The notes under the pieces were generated by a model that saw nothing but the letters and a program-made list of their open reading frames with translations, searched no databases and was not told the origin of the DNA. Made by a program: the position numbers and the translations under genes. Shown one piece after another: positions 49,069 through 63,000 of a DNA stretch of 64,000 nucleotides (position 1 is its first letter; each line of letters starts with the position of its first letter). Source of the DNA: Owenia fusiformis (taxonomy: Eukaryota); contig CAIIXF020000001.1 of NCBI GenBank assembly GCA_903813345.2, positions 10,168,001-10,232,000 of the forward strand. The letters run 5' to 3'.

Positions 49069-49556
49069 ACCTGCACTTCGCTCCGAAACGCAATTTTGGG
49101 TCGTTTCGGGGGTGAACTTTATCATTTTGAGCCTAATGAAAGATTATAGAATGATGAACAAATGGGGCAAATCTTGTGTAGAAATACTTACGATAAATGT
49201 GTCATTTCAAAGATTTTTCATTGAATTGCTTCGATCGGAGCCGGCGATATGATTTTGGAAAGGTTTCTAAATGAAGAACGTGACGTCACTTCCGAATCAT
49301 AGCATTCAAAATAAGTAGCGTTTAATTACTTTCACCATTCATAATAAAACGGTGGTCTAGCGGAAGAATCCTCGCTTAGTACGCGGGAGGCCCGGGTTCG
49401 AATCCCGCACTTGCCTTTTTATTTTTTTAACTAAATGATTGTTCTTTGATATTACGCGGAAAAAAATTTTTTTTATTTACATAAACTTTATATTAAAGCT
49501 TGAAAATGTAAAAACAATATATGTCAACATATTGCGTTTTGGAGCGATGTGCAGGT
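49069..49556. mobile_element. TTAA-flanked MITE (Kolobok/piggyBac-type target), 488 bp, carrying a tRNA-derived segment
   Basis: TTAA at 49065-49068 and 49557-49560; 26-bp TIR ACCTGCACTTCGCTCCGAAACGCAAT with 2 mismatches. Confidence 0.82.
49351..49420 (+). pseudogene. tRNA-derived sequence (tRNA-Gly-like body, AGT at the anticodon position, broken acceptor stem)
   Basis: A box TGGTCTAGCGG, anticodon arm CTCGC-TTAGTAC-GCGGG, B box GGTTCGAATCC and a T5 run at 49416. The 5' acceptor strand does not pair with the 3' strand. Confidence 0.75.
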
Positions 49557-51050
49557 TTAATAATGAATAGATTCAAATTCAGATTGTTTGTCTCAGGTAC
49601 CATAGAACATTCAGTCATCAGCTCGTTGTGAGGGTAAGTGACATGAAAATTGTGTTTGCAAGAATACTCATATTTTATATTTAATACCTTGCAAATGTAG
49701 ATTTTTGAAAAAAAAACATGTCCATACATCATGTTAGATATTTTATCCATCTATTGACTTCAATATTTTTGATGATTTTGCACATGTCAATGTCCCTTCA
49801 AGATAATTGGAAGAAACACTGAATATTAGAAAAATCCCGTCATCAGCAGGCAGAAATTGTCAAGTTTTCATGAGGAAAACCCATGTAATACCTAGCGAAT
49901 TTATACTACAGAATACACTGAAGTGGCAGCCCCTTACAGTCGAGACATACTGAACTTAATAAATTGAAAATACTGCACGTTGCTAGCTTAAGTAGTTGTT
50001 TCTTATTTACATTCATGATCATTATTAATTCTAATTTGATCTGTCGGACACACTTCACCATACTTTCAATATATACATATTAATTTGTCGTTCCCTATAT
50101 ACATGCCGCCCCATATTGTTCAGAGCTCCAGGATAAGACTAGTGTTATTTTATTACATAATGATTTCACACGAAAAGCCTCATTCTGTTAATACTAATAT
50201 ACATGAAGAAGCCCGACTCTCACTGACACTATTTCATCCTGTATAGTGCTTGTATAAAAATATTTCCGACCATACAGTCATTCAGTCAACAACTTGGAAT
50301 TCTAAATTATTCCATTTAGCTCAGTTAGCTACATTTTCTGAAGTTGGAATGAATCTGGATGATTCCAATTTCCAAATGCAACCTATTTTTGTAAATGTTT
50401 TGTCTGAGAATTTACTCATCAAAATACAATGGACTGTATAAAAATGAATACTCATGTCAATTCATCATAGCATGTATGTACATGTTACCACTGGATACTG
50501 TGCCAAATTTGGTGGTGTAATACTTGCTTGTCTACACTGTATTAAACAAAACCCACTCAATATGAATGATATTTGATCACCTCTTGGCTGTTTTAGTACA
50601 TTACACAAGCCCTTTTACTCATTAAATAGGCAACATCTATTTTGTTCTTCATTCACAAGTGAATCTGCTTTAATGAACTCTCATTGATTTTATATCGATA
50701 TTGATGGTATAAATCAATCTTTTGTACTATGTACTTGCATAATACTATTTTTTCTCTACATTGTCATATTCTTTCAACCTCTCCGTATCAGAAAAAGTGC
50801 GTCAAATCTCGAACAGCAAACAGTTTATTCAACCATGTGTGAAGAAGAAAACAGGCACATCGCAATATTTCTCTCTCTTTATCATAACAAGTTTTCATTC
50901 TCAAGCATATAGATAGAGTTCTAGAATGTTTTCAACATGTTATTACACCTTTGCCTTATTGTGATGCACATCATTCTCCTCCTTTTCCTCATCCTCCTCC
51001 TTCTTCATCACCATTCATCATCAGTTGTAATATTGCAATGTTTCTATGTG

Positions 51051-54000
51051 TTAATGGCCATTAAGAACATTGTCCATAATGTCATTGAGATCGCTAGGTA
51101 ACTGCCCATGTCTGCGGACCTTTAAGGGAGTTGTTGGGGTTTGCTCTTCTGATATGTCCATATTAGCTGGATCTGAAGTATAAAAATTGTTTTACATAAA
51201 TAACAGTCTCATAGCACTATTAATAATTATATCGAAATAAACAGGTTCAGTTCAGAAAATCACAATTTATATCAAGGAGGTAGAAGGGATAGAATGTAAA
51301 TGTTGCAAGTGATATTTTGTTAAACAAGATGGCGACATCATGATGGCAAGTACTATATACTTTTTTAAAGTGCAATAAAAATCATGCCTTTGTTTCCCTA
51401 ACAATTCTATTTAATTTTATGAAATAAAGAATAAGACATCTGATCAAATATAGAACTCCTGGACTTTTTAGAAAATATGAATATGCACACATACCCATGG
51501 AACAATGAGCAAACAAATAGGAAATTGGACACCATATAAGGGTGCTTCTACCACAACCTTGTTGGATCATGGGTGTACTGAATATTTTAAACACAAACAT
51601 CTTCCAAATGTTTCAACAGATGGACAAAAGGATAAGGGAAGTTAACTGAATTCAACCAAGCACAGGGCCATAGTACTTTAGTGATGTAGCCCAGACTTCA
51701 TAATGATATGTCAACATGGAATCTTCCTCATGGTCATGGTCTATTCTTTCAAGATGATTTTTTCTGATTTTCTAGTCTTGAATTATTTCTCATGCAACAA
51801 GTACATACAAGAACACAAATGTGTACAAAATGTCCCCACCAAGTGGTGATCCCGTCAAATGGTTATCCTGAAAATGAGTACACAAGACTTTACCAACACA
51901 ATTTGAGGACGGAAAATCCAAAGTGGCCACCTTAAAATTTTACCCAGAATGCCAAAAATTAAGTCAGTTCTAGATTTTCATACTAAGAACCACCCCTGAA
52001 AATTTGAAATTGATCCGTCACACAGTTAACCAGAAAACATGTAAACAAGACTTTACAGACAAGATTTCAGGATGGAAAATCCAAAATGGCTGCCTTGACA
52101 TTTACCCAGAATGTAAAAAAACTAATCTGTTTGTAGATTTTCATACTAAGAATCATCCCTGAAAATATGAAATTGATCTACCAAATGGTTCACCTGAAAA
52201 CGGGTAGACAAGACTTTACAGACAAGATTTTAGGACAGAAAATCCAAAATGGCTGCCTTAACATTTACGCAGAATGCAAAAAAACTAATCAGATGTAGAT
52301 TTTCATACAAAGAATCATCCCTGAAAATTTGAAATTGATCAACCAAACGGTTCACCTGAAAACGCGCAGACAAGACTTCACAGACAAGATTTTAGGACCG
52401 AAAAATCCAAAATGGCCGACAATAAAAAAGTCCTTATGAGTTTTTGCTGATTTCTTTTTACAAAATTATCACATATAACTACTGTTAACAATAAAGTAGG
52501 CTTTTACAACAAAGTACATCTGAAATTATTTATTAAGCTACTAAATAGTTAAAGTATAAAAACTCAAAAACACCATCCAATATGATACAAAGTATTATTC
52601 AAAATGGCCGATAGGAAGTAGGTTCCGAGTTAAATTTTTTTCATCCACATCTATAGGCACTCATAAGTTATCCCTGAAAATTTGAAGGTGATATCTGTAG
52701 CGGTTTTGGAGAAAACTCCCGGACGTACGGACGGACAGACGGACGGACGGACAGACGGACGGACCAGTTGGACGCGCCTAGGCCGACAATATGGCCCCAC
52801 ACTATGTGGTGGGGACATAAAAAGTCAAACATACCAAACTTACTTTTTGCTTCTTGAGCTTCCTCTTTAAACCCTAGAGCAGCCGCAAACTCTTCTACAT
52901 CATACTTGCCATCATGGTTCAAATCAAACTCCTTCAGCGTGTCCTCATCAGGGGTATCAGGTCCCAGGAATCCTGGTAGATCCCTGTATTCAAGAAAGCC
53001 ATTTCCACGAATGTCCCACTTGGCAAAATATTGTTCAAGATCTAGAACATAAAATAAATAAATTCAAGATGGGCTGATTTGTGATGTCTGCTATGTGTCA
53101 CTGCTAAATAAGTTGATGTCGATTCTCAGGTGCAGATTGTACAATAAACAGTCATTCATCTACAGATAATTAATTAGAGAATGACTATGAGAGAATCTAA
53201 TAGAGTATTGTCACATTCGAATATACTGTATATTATCAATGCTGGTTCTTCTCTAAATGAGAAATGCTCTACTATCTATACATTCTGTACACATATGTTT
53301 TATTCAAGGATTTAAGCCTTGAACTCAGTGCATTGTGTGCTGAACCATTCCACGAAGGTGTTGTTTCCAAATCCAATTGGAATGAAGCAGCCACAATGCA
53401 TTAAGTCTTGGGCTTAAATTTTTTTCACACATTGCAAAATATTTTCTATAAAATCGCCTAAAAGATGCAAAATCACCCAAAGAACATATTTTCAATGAAA
53501 CAGGGGTCAAGTATTGGAAAACTCAATTTCAATCTCAATCACTAAGCAACTGTATGCGTTATTGATATTTCACACACTGTTTATTATGTGAATACTCTGT
53601 TTGGATTGGCTGGAATCAGACACACCTTGCCTAGCTATGTGTGAATTATAAATAATACACTTCGAGTACAGTACATTGTGTTCTGTAAAATACAGGATGA
53701 AGTTAAATAAAATAATACGATGTATTACTTCATTGTCAATCTCACTAGTCTGTACTCAGAACTACTTACCTTCCATGTCATTAATGTTAGGAATGGTAAT
53801 GGCAGCACTGCTAGAGACAGACTGGGTCGTTACTTCTATAAACAAGACAAATATATATTAATGGCATTACACAAGTGAATGATGAATTAAAAAAAAAGGT
53901 GTAATGTTATCTTGATATGAATTCTTGTTAATGTAAAGTTTATGGAATAGATATAAGATCAATTATTGTACTGGTAGCTGATTTAAAAAGCAAAGCATGT

Positions 54001-57000
54001 GTTCTCATTATTTTCATTCTTTAGCAAGCATATTCAACAAAAATTGAAAAAGAATCTATTGGCTGTACCACAACAAACAACTGAACAACAATATAGATAT
54101 ACCCTGTGAGGCATTTTCACCAGTGTCAGGGTAGTCATCCTCTCCTTCCATGAGTGGATCGAATGTATCCAAGCTAGTGCTATTATCAACAAGGCTTGAG
54201 GTAAAGTTGGTGGTTGTGCTGTTATCAACATTGGTTGATGTATAGCTAGAGGTTGTGTTATTATCACTGCTTGCAAGTGTTGGACTAGTTACTACAAGCA
54301 ATTAAATATGCATGCATATTATAAAGCATGCATTCAAAACAAATCAACAAATCTGAACAAAAACAAAACCTAAGAAAGACAAGCAATCTAAAAATACAAA
54401 TATGTGAAACAATACTAAAAAATCATTATTACCATAAAAACACAACACATTGATAAGGACAACATACAAAGCAAAACATTTAAATCAAACACCTTTTTAA
54501 ATTGTCATCATCAGATACACATGACTGTATCTAACACATTCCGTAAGCTAAAAGAAATGGTTATACATGTCAATACAACATAGATTATTTGTACTATGCT
54601 ACGCAACAAACAAAAATCCCCATATTAACATGCTAACATACCCTCAGTTTGCCCAGTAGTGGTTGATGCAGGTTGACTACTGGTAATGTCTGTAAGAGGC
54701 TTAGGCTCCGTAGGTGTAATAATGTCTTTAGGTCTTGGTGCAAGTTTGCTTTTAGTTGCTATAAGGTTACGTAGAGATTCATCCATGGCATCTAGGTGTG
54801 TGGAGTGACGGACAAGCTGTATCGTATTATCCCCAATGCTTTGGTTCAACAATGAGATGTTTCCATGTAACTCCTCAAACAATCTCAGTTGCTGTAATGT
54901 ATGAAAAAAAAGTAAAAATTTTAATATAGTTTTATATTCAAGGAATACCCAGTGTTTCTTCAGCTCTATGTATGGTTTTCTGTACGACCAATGATTATAG
55001 AAGTTTTAATATACACAGTAAAACTGGTATAGTAAAAACTTGAATCCTGCCGGTACTCGTCAAAAGTGTTTGTAATGGCAGATGTTCACATTTCAAGGTC
55101 TTTAACATGATAGTGGATTAAGAAAAATGTTGAAAAATTTGAGAGATATTCAGATTACAGAGAGAGTCATTTGGATATGGAGATTTTACAATATGTGTGA
55201 GCTGATCTTGCTCAAGGTCTTGTAATTTCTTTCTGCATTTATGAAAAATATCTAGTATTGAGTTGCACAAATAATATGGAACATTTAACTTCAGTCAGTT
55301 CAATGATGACATCTATTGTCATTTGTCAGTCACAGCTCTATGTAAATAAATGAAGGTTATTTAGTAATGTGACATTCATTAGGTCTCAACATAGCATATT
55401 TCTTGATTCTAAACTCGACTGTTAACATTAAACTGAAGCAATATCTTACGTTTTTATGTACAATAAAAACAATGCAAATAGTTGTTCCTGAGACTAAGAC
55501 TTGAGAATGAACTAAACATGAGTACAACTTACAACAATTTGAAGGTGCTTGGCATCTTTGAAAATCTCCATAACAGAAGACATTGCTGTATTAATAATAG
55601 GACCTAAAGCTGTTAGGTTCATTCCCCCAGGTTGACTCATTGACATAAACTGAAAGAAGGAAATATTTTATATGAAGACAACATAATTGAAGGGATAGCA
55701 AACATTCTCTCCACATTGTTGGAAGTCAGCTAATAGTAGACAAACCCTTTTTTGCTTGTGTCTACTGTAGTAACCAGACACCTAGGTATCATTTCTAAAA
55801 GTTTGTATTTAAGTAAATAATTTTTAAGCACACATTCTGGGCTTACTTATCAATCAGTTGCAGATACAAACAGGATGTTACAAAAGAATTTAGACAATAT
55901 GAAATTAGATAAAAAGCAAATATGGAAATGGTGACCATATATTTACCATAACCATCTATACATCGGACACAAACTAGTAGGGGTCAAACGGTTCAAAATT
56001 CTAACGGTTCGGTTCGGTCACAGTTTTTAGGTTCACGGTTCGGTTCTTTCACGGTTCTCGCGGGTCTCGTAAATTGGTAATATTTCCTTATAAAATTGTA
56101 AAGACAGCTCATAAAAAAACAGGTTTTAGCTTTCTATCTAGCCTTGCCCAAGTTGGTCACTTTCTGGTCCCACTATCCTTTTTTATTAAATTGACTTGAC
56201 AAAGCAAAGTTTATTGGCCTAGTGGCCCACTTTAAATTTTAAACTTTAGATTTTTCTGTCCTTGATAAGATTTCTGTCAGATAAGAGATGAGATCTACAT
56301 GTAGCACAAGCAGTAACATAGCCCCGGGATTCTTGTAGTCTGTCAAAGCAGCTGAATCAGCACAGATGGCGCTGCGATTGTGCGGGAGATTTAAACACAA
56401 ATATGTTTCAAGTTTTTAACAAAGACATTAGTAATGTTATAATTTCTGTAATTGCAGTATTTTTTAAATAATATTGATTAAAAACTAACTCATTATAACA
56501 GACAAAACACCTCCACGAAGCAAAATTAATTGTAGTATGAATAGCGTAATCTGGCGAGACCAACTTCCGGTCTATTTATATGTCACAAAAATGTAAACAA
56601 TTACTTGTCTATCGATTTGTGAGCGATCTGTTTCATATCTAAGGTAAGAATTGAATGTTCTCTATTGCTATAAACATGTTTTTAAGGAATATATACATGA
56701 AGAATAAGTTCATGTCGAACGAAAGAGAGAATATTGAAGTCTAAAAAATTTCATATTTCAATTTTTCCTCGAACCGTGGATGAACCGAATCTCATGTTTA
56801 TGAACCGAAAATACCGTCCTAGCATCATTAACCGCGGTAACCGCGTACCGCGGTTAACCGTTTGACCCCTACAAACTAGTATATAGCAAAAAATCAGTGG
56901 AAGGTCTCTATAAAAAGAGCATCTCCATAGGTGAATCCCTTTCCCATATTTGATTTCCATTAACTTAATATAGAGTAAACCTCTGTAGGTTGAGCACCTC

Positions 57001-60000
57001 CAAAAATGTGTCCACTTACACAGGAGCATACCAATCAATGACAGTGGTTGTACTTACAGGGAGAAGAACAGAGGATATCAGTTTTTTAGGAGCATCTGCT
57101 AATTTTCTCTGCAGTTCCATCATTGTGGAAAAAGTAGGATCTATAAGTTCACTCTGGTGCTGACCTATATCAGCCATCTGGAACAGATAAACATGAGTCG
57201 ATTAGCTTATGTAGTCTTCAGATATACCTTAACATGTTGTCCATCAGGTATATAAAGGGTTGTCCCTATTCCCTTGGTATATTAACATAATATCATATGA
57301 TAAAATGAAAAAAATAAAACCCTACTTTTTCTCTCCATGTATGTCTTACCTCATTGTCAGGTTGGGTAATATTCATAAAGGCTGCAAATAGAGTATATCT
57401 TACCTCATTGTCAGATTGGGTAATGTTCATAAAGGCTGCAAACATAGTATATCTTACCTCATTGTCAGGTTGGGTAATGTTCATAAAGGCTGCAAACATA
57501 ATATATCTTACCTCATTGTCAGATTGGGTAATGTTCATAAAGGCTGCAAACATAGTATGTCTTACCTCATTGTCAGGTTGGGTAATGTTCATAAAGGCTG
57601 CAAACATAGTATGTCTTACCTCATTGTCAGGTTGGGTAATGTTCATAAAGGCTGCAAACATAATATATCTTACCTCATTGTCAGATTGGGTAATGTTCAT
57701 AAAGGCTGCAAACATAGTATGTCTTACCTCATTGTCAGGTTGGGTAATGTTCATAAAGGCTGCAAACATAGTATATCTTACCTCATTGTCAGGTTGGGTA
57801 ATGTTCATAAAGGCTGCAAACATAATATATCTTACCTCATTGTCAGATTGGGTAATGTTCATAAAGGCTGCAAACATAGTATGTCTTACCTCATTGTCAG
57901 GTTGGGTAATGTTCATAAAGGCTGCAAACATAGTATGTCTTACCTCATTGTCAGGTTGGGTAATGTTCATAAAGGCTGCAAACATAGTATATCTTACCTC
58001 ATTGTCAGGTTGGGTAATGTTCATAAAGGCTGCAAACATAGTATGTCTTACCTCATTGTCAGGTTGGGTAATGTTCATAAAGGCTGCAAACATAATATAT
58101 CTTACCTCATTGTCAGGTTGGGTAATGTTCATAAAGGCTGCAAACATAGTATATCTTACCTCATTGTCAGGTTGGGTAATGTTCATAAAGGCTGCAAACA
58201 TAATATATCTTACCTCATTGTCAGGTTGGGTAATGTTCATAAAGGCTGCAAACATAGTACCCATCATCTGCTGAAGGCCTGCTGTTGCATTAAATCTTGT
58301 TGGTTCATTATAACCTTGATTGGCTGCCTGCATCTGTAACAGTTATTAGTATCTTTCAAGTAGTATCTTTCAAGTCTTCATCAAAACCTAATATTTTGTT
58401 TTGGTATCCTTGAATGAGCCCATGACTTGTACATTGTTTGGTGAACATATTTACAACAAACAAAAATTGATGGAAGATTCAAATTTTTTATGGCATAATT
58501 GACTGGGTTTTATTTCTTTATATTCCTTGTAATATTTTAGGATTTCTCACTTGTAACAATACAATGCAATGATTTTCAAATAATATAAAATGAGATGTTT
58601 TTTTGTTTTCTTCAACATTTGACAATATATTCTAGAAATTTATTTTTCTTTATGTACCTTCGAGTAATCTGGTGAAACTAATTTCTTACATGCACATAAT
58701 GTTTTCAGTTACCTGGCTTAACTGTTTCTCAAAAGTGGTGACCATTTTTGTGATGTTGTCTATTTGTGCTGTTATGGTAGCCAGCGTGACATCAGAAAGG
58801 GGAACAGTGTTGCCATCTATCTTTGTAGGTGTTGTAAGGTTGTCTGAAGCAGTAGTCAGGTCAACATTTTGCACCTACAAGTACAGTATAATTGTTTCAG
58901 TAAGCAAATATACTTCAAATGGCCATGGAATAAATTTTTATAATGGCAACAAAGCTCCATTGCTATGACATCTCAACTTATTTTTGTGGCTGTATCTTTG
59001 TTAGTCACATGAGAAAGTGAAAATGAAATTTCTTCAGATTTTAAAAACTGACATGATGACAAAATATCCGTTAACTTTCATGACATACAGTACCTAAACA
59101 TAACTTATATCATATAACTTTATTCGGCAAAACTTTGACTTTGAGGAACTCAACATACAGCTTTTTGCACTGCCTCAGTGACTAATGTTTTGATGATCTG
59201 CTCCTGGCTCCCATTCAGCACCATTCGTATATGGGGTGACAACTCAATCAGGTTAAGTCTGGTGTCCACTGCAACTGTGCGATTTTCTACAACTTTCAGC
59301 TGGCTCTGCAACAATTAATGTAAATAGAGAGGTTACACATAAATTTACTATACTTTAATCTCATATTTTTACACTGAGAGATTTCCATATAATTCTGGAC
59401 TTAATTAAGTACATGATTTATTCATTAACACAAAGCATGATGGTTTTAATAATTTTCTTATTTTAACTAAATTAATGTCTAAATCATAAATGCTCAATGA
59501 GTAAACTTTTGGATATTACAAGTAAATGTTGACTCTTTTTTATAATGAAATGAAAGATGCAGTACGCAGGGGCTTAGCCTGCAATTATCAAGGGGAGGAG
59601 GTTAACATCACTGTGAGTGACGATAGCCCCAAAAAGGGGGGTGTACAGATGTTCACCCCCTGGCTATGCCCATGGTATGTGTATTGATCAAATGAAGATA
59701 ATTAAGCCCTAAAAGTCTGATTGCAAAACCTTTTAACAGTGGTAAATGTTATGCCTTGGTCACATTTGCTCTGATTTTCACTACGGCGCCCGGGCGAATG
59801 AGTATTTTGTTCAATATTGAATAAAATATTGAACAATACACTAGATCGGCCATGCGCCGGGAGCCGGCTGATGGATCGGAGCAAATGTGACCCAGGCATT
59901 AACAAGTATTTCAACCAATTAGTAAAATGAAAAGGTCACAGAACAATATAGCAAATTTCCTATGTATAGTCTTTGATGATGTTTTATCTCCAAATTACCC

Positions 60001-63000
60001 AATATTGTTCTGTTGTACCTCAGCATTTAAATGAATTGCGAATTGAAACCTAAGACTACGTAGTACAAGTATAATGCTAAAATTATGAATATAAGCAGCA
60101 TTACCTGGATGTTGAACATCTGCTGGTGCAGGGTATTATTAATATTCTGCATTGATGAAGTCACACTGGCCAGAGACTAAAATAAACAGAAAATGTCCTT
60201 TAAATTCTATAGTTACAGAATCAGATCTAGAGTGATAAAATTACAAGCAATGTTATATTGTTCTATAGACATAATAAGGAATGATATGAGTCCAAAATAT
60301 TCTAAAATTGAATCCGTTTTGTCAAAAGTACTGATAGTAGTGAGTGCCATCTTGCTAGATCTGATTCTACCTTTAAAGGGTGCTTGTTATGTTCAGAATC
60401 AAACTTTCCAAACGACTGATTTGCCAATGATAATGTCAGCCTCGTCTTTAGTCAAGTAGCAAAAATATGTTAAATTCATCAGAAACCTCACCAAATCTCT
60501 TGGTTTAAAAGTTGTATTCATTGGTTCAGTGAATACTTGCCAAAAACTTTATATTTTTTCCACTGTTTACAAAAATTGGATTTTTTACTTTGACATGATA
60601 TTTTAAGTATTAGTAACTATGGAAACAACCATAAAATAATGGAATAAAGTACAATTATTACAATATACTTAACACTTTTTCAGCAGAAACCATATTTTCT
60701 ACGACAGGCATTAGATTTTTGTTATGATATAGACTACACATTAAAATTCAATAAACACTTTTTACAAATGGGTATATTCTCTGTCATTTGTCAACGTTCT
60801 GGCACATATACCCTTAAAATTTGTCCTCCATTGAAAGGGTCATACTAACTTGAGGAAAGAGGACAGACTTAACAGGAAAATGACTTGAAGAATGTTTAAC
60901 TCAGGAAGAAAGAACGGATGGTTTCTATATTCACAAACTTTGTTCGATGGAGTAATCAAATGGATTCAAATCTGTTGATAAAGAAACATTCTGTACCTTA
61001 TCTAAGTAGGTCTGGAGAGAGGCTGAATCTGTTTCAGATAGATCTATGTCACCAACCCCTGGTGTGGGATTAACAGGAGCAGGAGCACCGGACAGCTTTG
61101 TAAGCCCCTCCTAACAAAACATAACAAGAATGTATGCTACACATTTATATATTTACGGGGTAACCCCAAAAAACACAATTGACCTAATGTTGGACCATTT
61201 CATAAGTATCTGCGATCAACTTCACTTTTGAAACTAAAACTTAGAAATCATGTTTTCTTTTTCTTTAGAATCTTTTGATTTATGGTCTGAGATTTGATTT
61301 TGTCTTGGTGCTGGTTCCTGAATTTGGCATATTCTACAATAAGCGAAACTAAAATCCAGAATTGTTTCTACAAATGTTTTCAAAGCTTATGTCTCACCTC
61401 AATTTTCTGCAGTCTGTCCTCTACTGTCTCAGAAGTAGAACTTGTTGAAGTTTTAAATTCTTGTAGCATTTTCACATTATCTTTCAGAGTGTTAATATCT
61501 GACCCAAATGCTGCTACACTCTGAAAATGGAAAAAAGCTATCTTAAATCAAATGTGCTTGATTATTGTACAATTTTATCTGAATATGTGGATTGCCCCTT
61601 GTAAAATAAACAGGGATATGATGAGTTCTTGAATGCTTGATTGCCCAGTAATCCAAGTCTGGTACTAGCTGTATACCAATAGTTGATATAAATATAATCT
61701 TTTTTTTTACTGTTTTACAGTTTTAAGATAGAATTAACATTTATCAAGAATTTAAAAAGGGTAAGGGTACGGGACGGGTGGTACGGTGGTTAAACCAGTT
61801 AAACAGGATAGGTCGTATGACAAGATACCTGGAATTTTTTTAATTTTGTGAATTTCTTAAAATTTCATGAAGGGTGAAAGAATTAAGATGAAGCATATTT
61901 ATAGGCATAGAGAAAAGCAATGACTATCATTGCAGTGGCATAAACCCCAAATTGAAACTGATAAATGGGGATGGTTGACACAATTCTTTTACAGTACTCA
62001 GTACTTGAAATCACGGGATAATCATCAAAATAATCAAATTAATTGATCCGATATACTAGAGTGCTCAAGCAAAGTTCTATTTCCCTAAACTGACAGCCAA
62101 GTTTATCAAAGCTGAAAACTAATTTACGTCCCTGGATATTTGCGTCAAGGGGCAATTCAGACAAACATTGAGCCACTAAGTCTCAATTCATGCTTGATTG
62201 AGCAAAACAGGACCTCAATAAATTGCTGTTCAAGGGCTGGTCACCATGACAATATGAATAAGAAAATCATTTGAAAAGAACTCATCCCTTTTTATGTGGG
62301 AGTTGAGATGGTTTCAACATTGATCTTCCAAGGCAATGAAATCTTTTAGATAATTAACGATCCAATTGAAATCCAGTATCTCATTTAGTCTCGGCTGATT
62401 TCAGCCACGGGCTTAGCTAACATTTTACTGATGTGAGCAGGAATTCTACATTTAAAAATATAAAAATACAATTTAACGAGGAAGACACTTCGCCATCTCG
62501 TTTATGTTAGCAATGTGATCAAAAATGTTTTTGACAAATCAGAGAAGATGATGCCATGATTCATATCAATCATAAATCAATAAAATTTTGAAGTGATACG
62601 CTTCTAGGGTATGAGATTTATTTAAAAAGGTGCAGTGTCACCAGCATGCAAAAGTCAATCTTTTTGTTATAAATCAAGCAATGGGGGTCTACACAACCCA
62701 AAAAACGTCCCCTCAACATTTTGTACAGGCAGTGTGCAGGCGTGATAACAATAAAATCTTAAATGTGATGTTTATAATCACAAAATATTTGACCAAAAAA
62801 AATTCATGCAACTTTGTTCTACGTTATAGGTATATTACTCCCCCACTCTCTGACTATATCATCTTAATTATTTTTGACATACAATTTGCTATAATAGCGT
62901 AACCTACAAGTATTTATTATAGGTTGTGTAGACCCTTGTTACTATGAGATATAACACTCTCTCCCCTGAGATTTCCCCATCACTTACATTTGTGAGTGTT

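Noticed and set aside
49346-49415. Functional tRNA-Thr(AGT) gene
   Set aside because: The acceptor stem cannot pair, the body is Gly-like, and it lies inside a MITE.
50940-51050. Acidic, coding-looking purine-rich tract after the EFCAB14 stop
   Set aside because: The frame after TAA hits TGA within 10 codons and the acidic stretch is split across frames, so there is no support for readthrough.
57338-58255. CRISPR-like array, or the two long + strand ORFs (57354-58274 and 57416-58339) as genes
   Set aside because: Units are contiguous with no unique spacers, and there are no cas genes. The + ORFs are by-products of a stop-free 54-bp unit antisense to an EFCAB14 exon.
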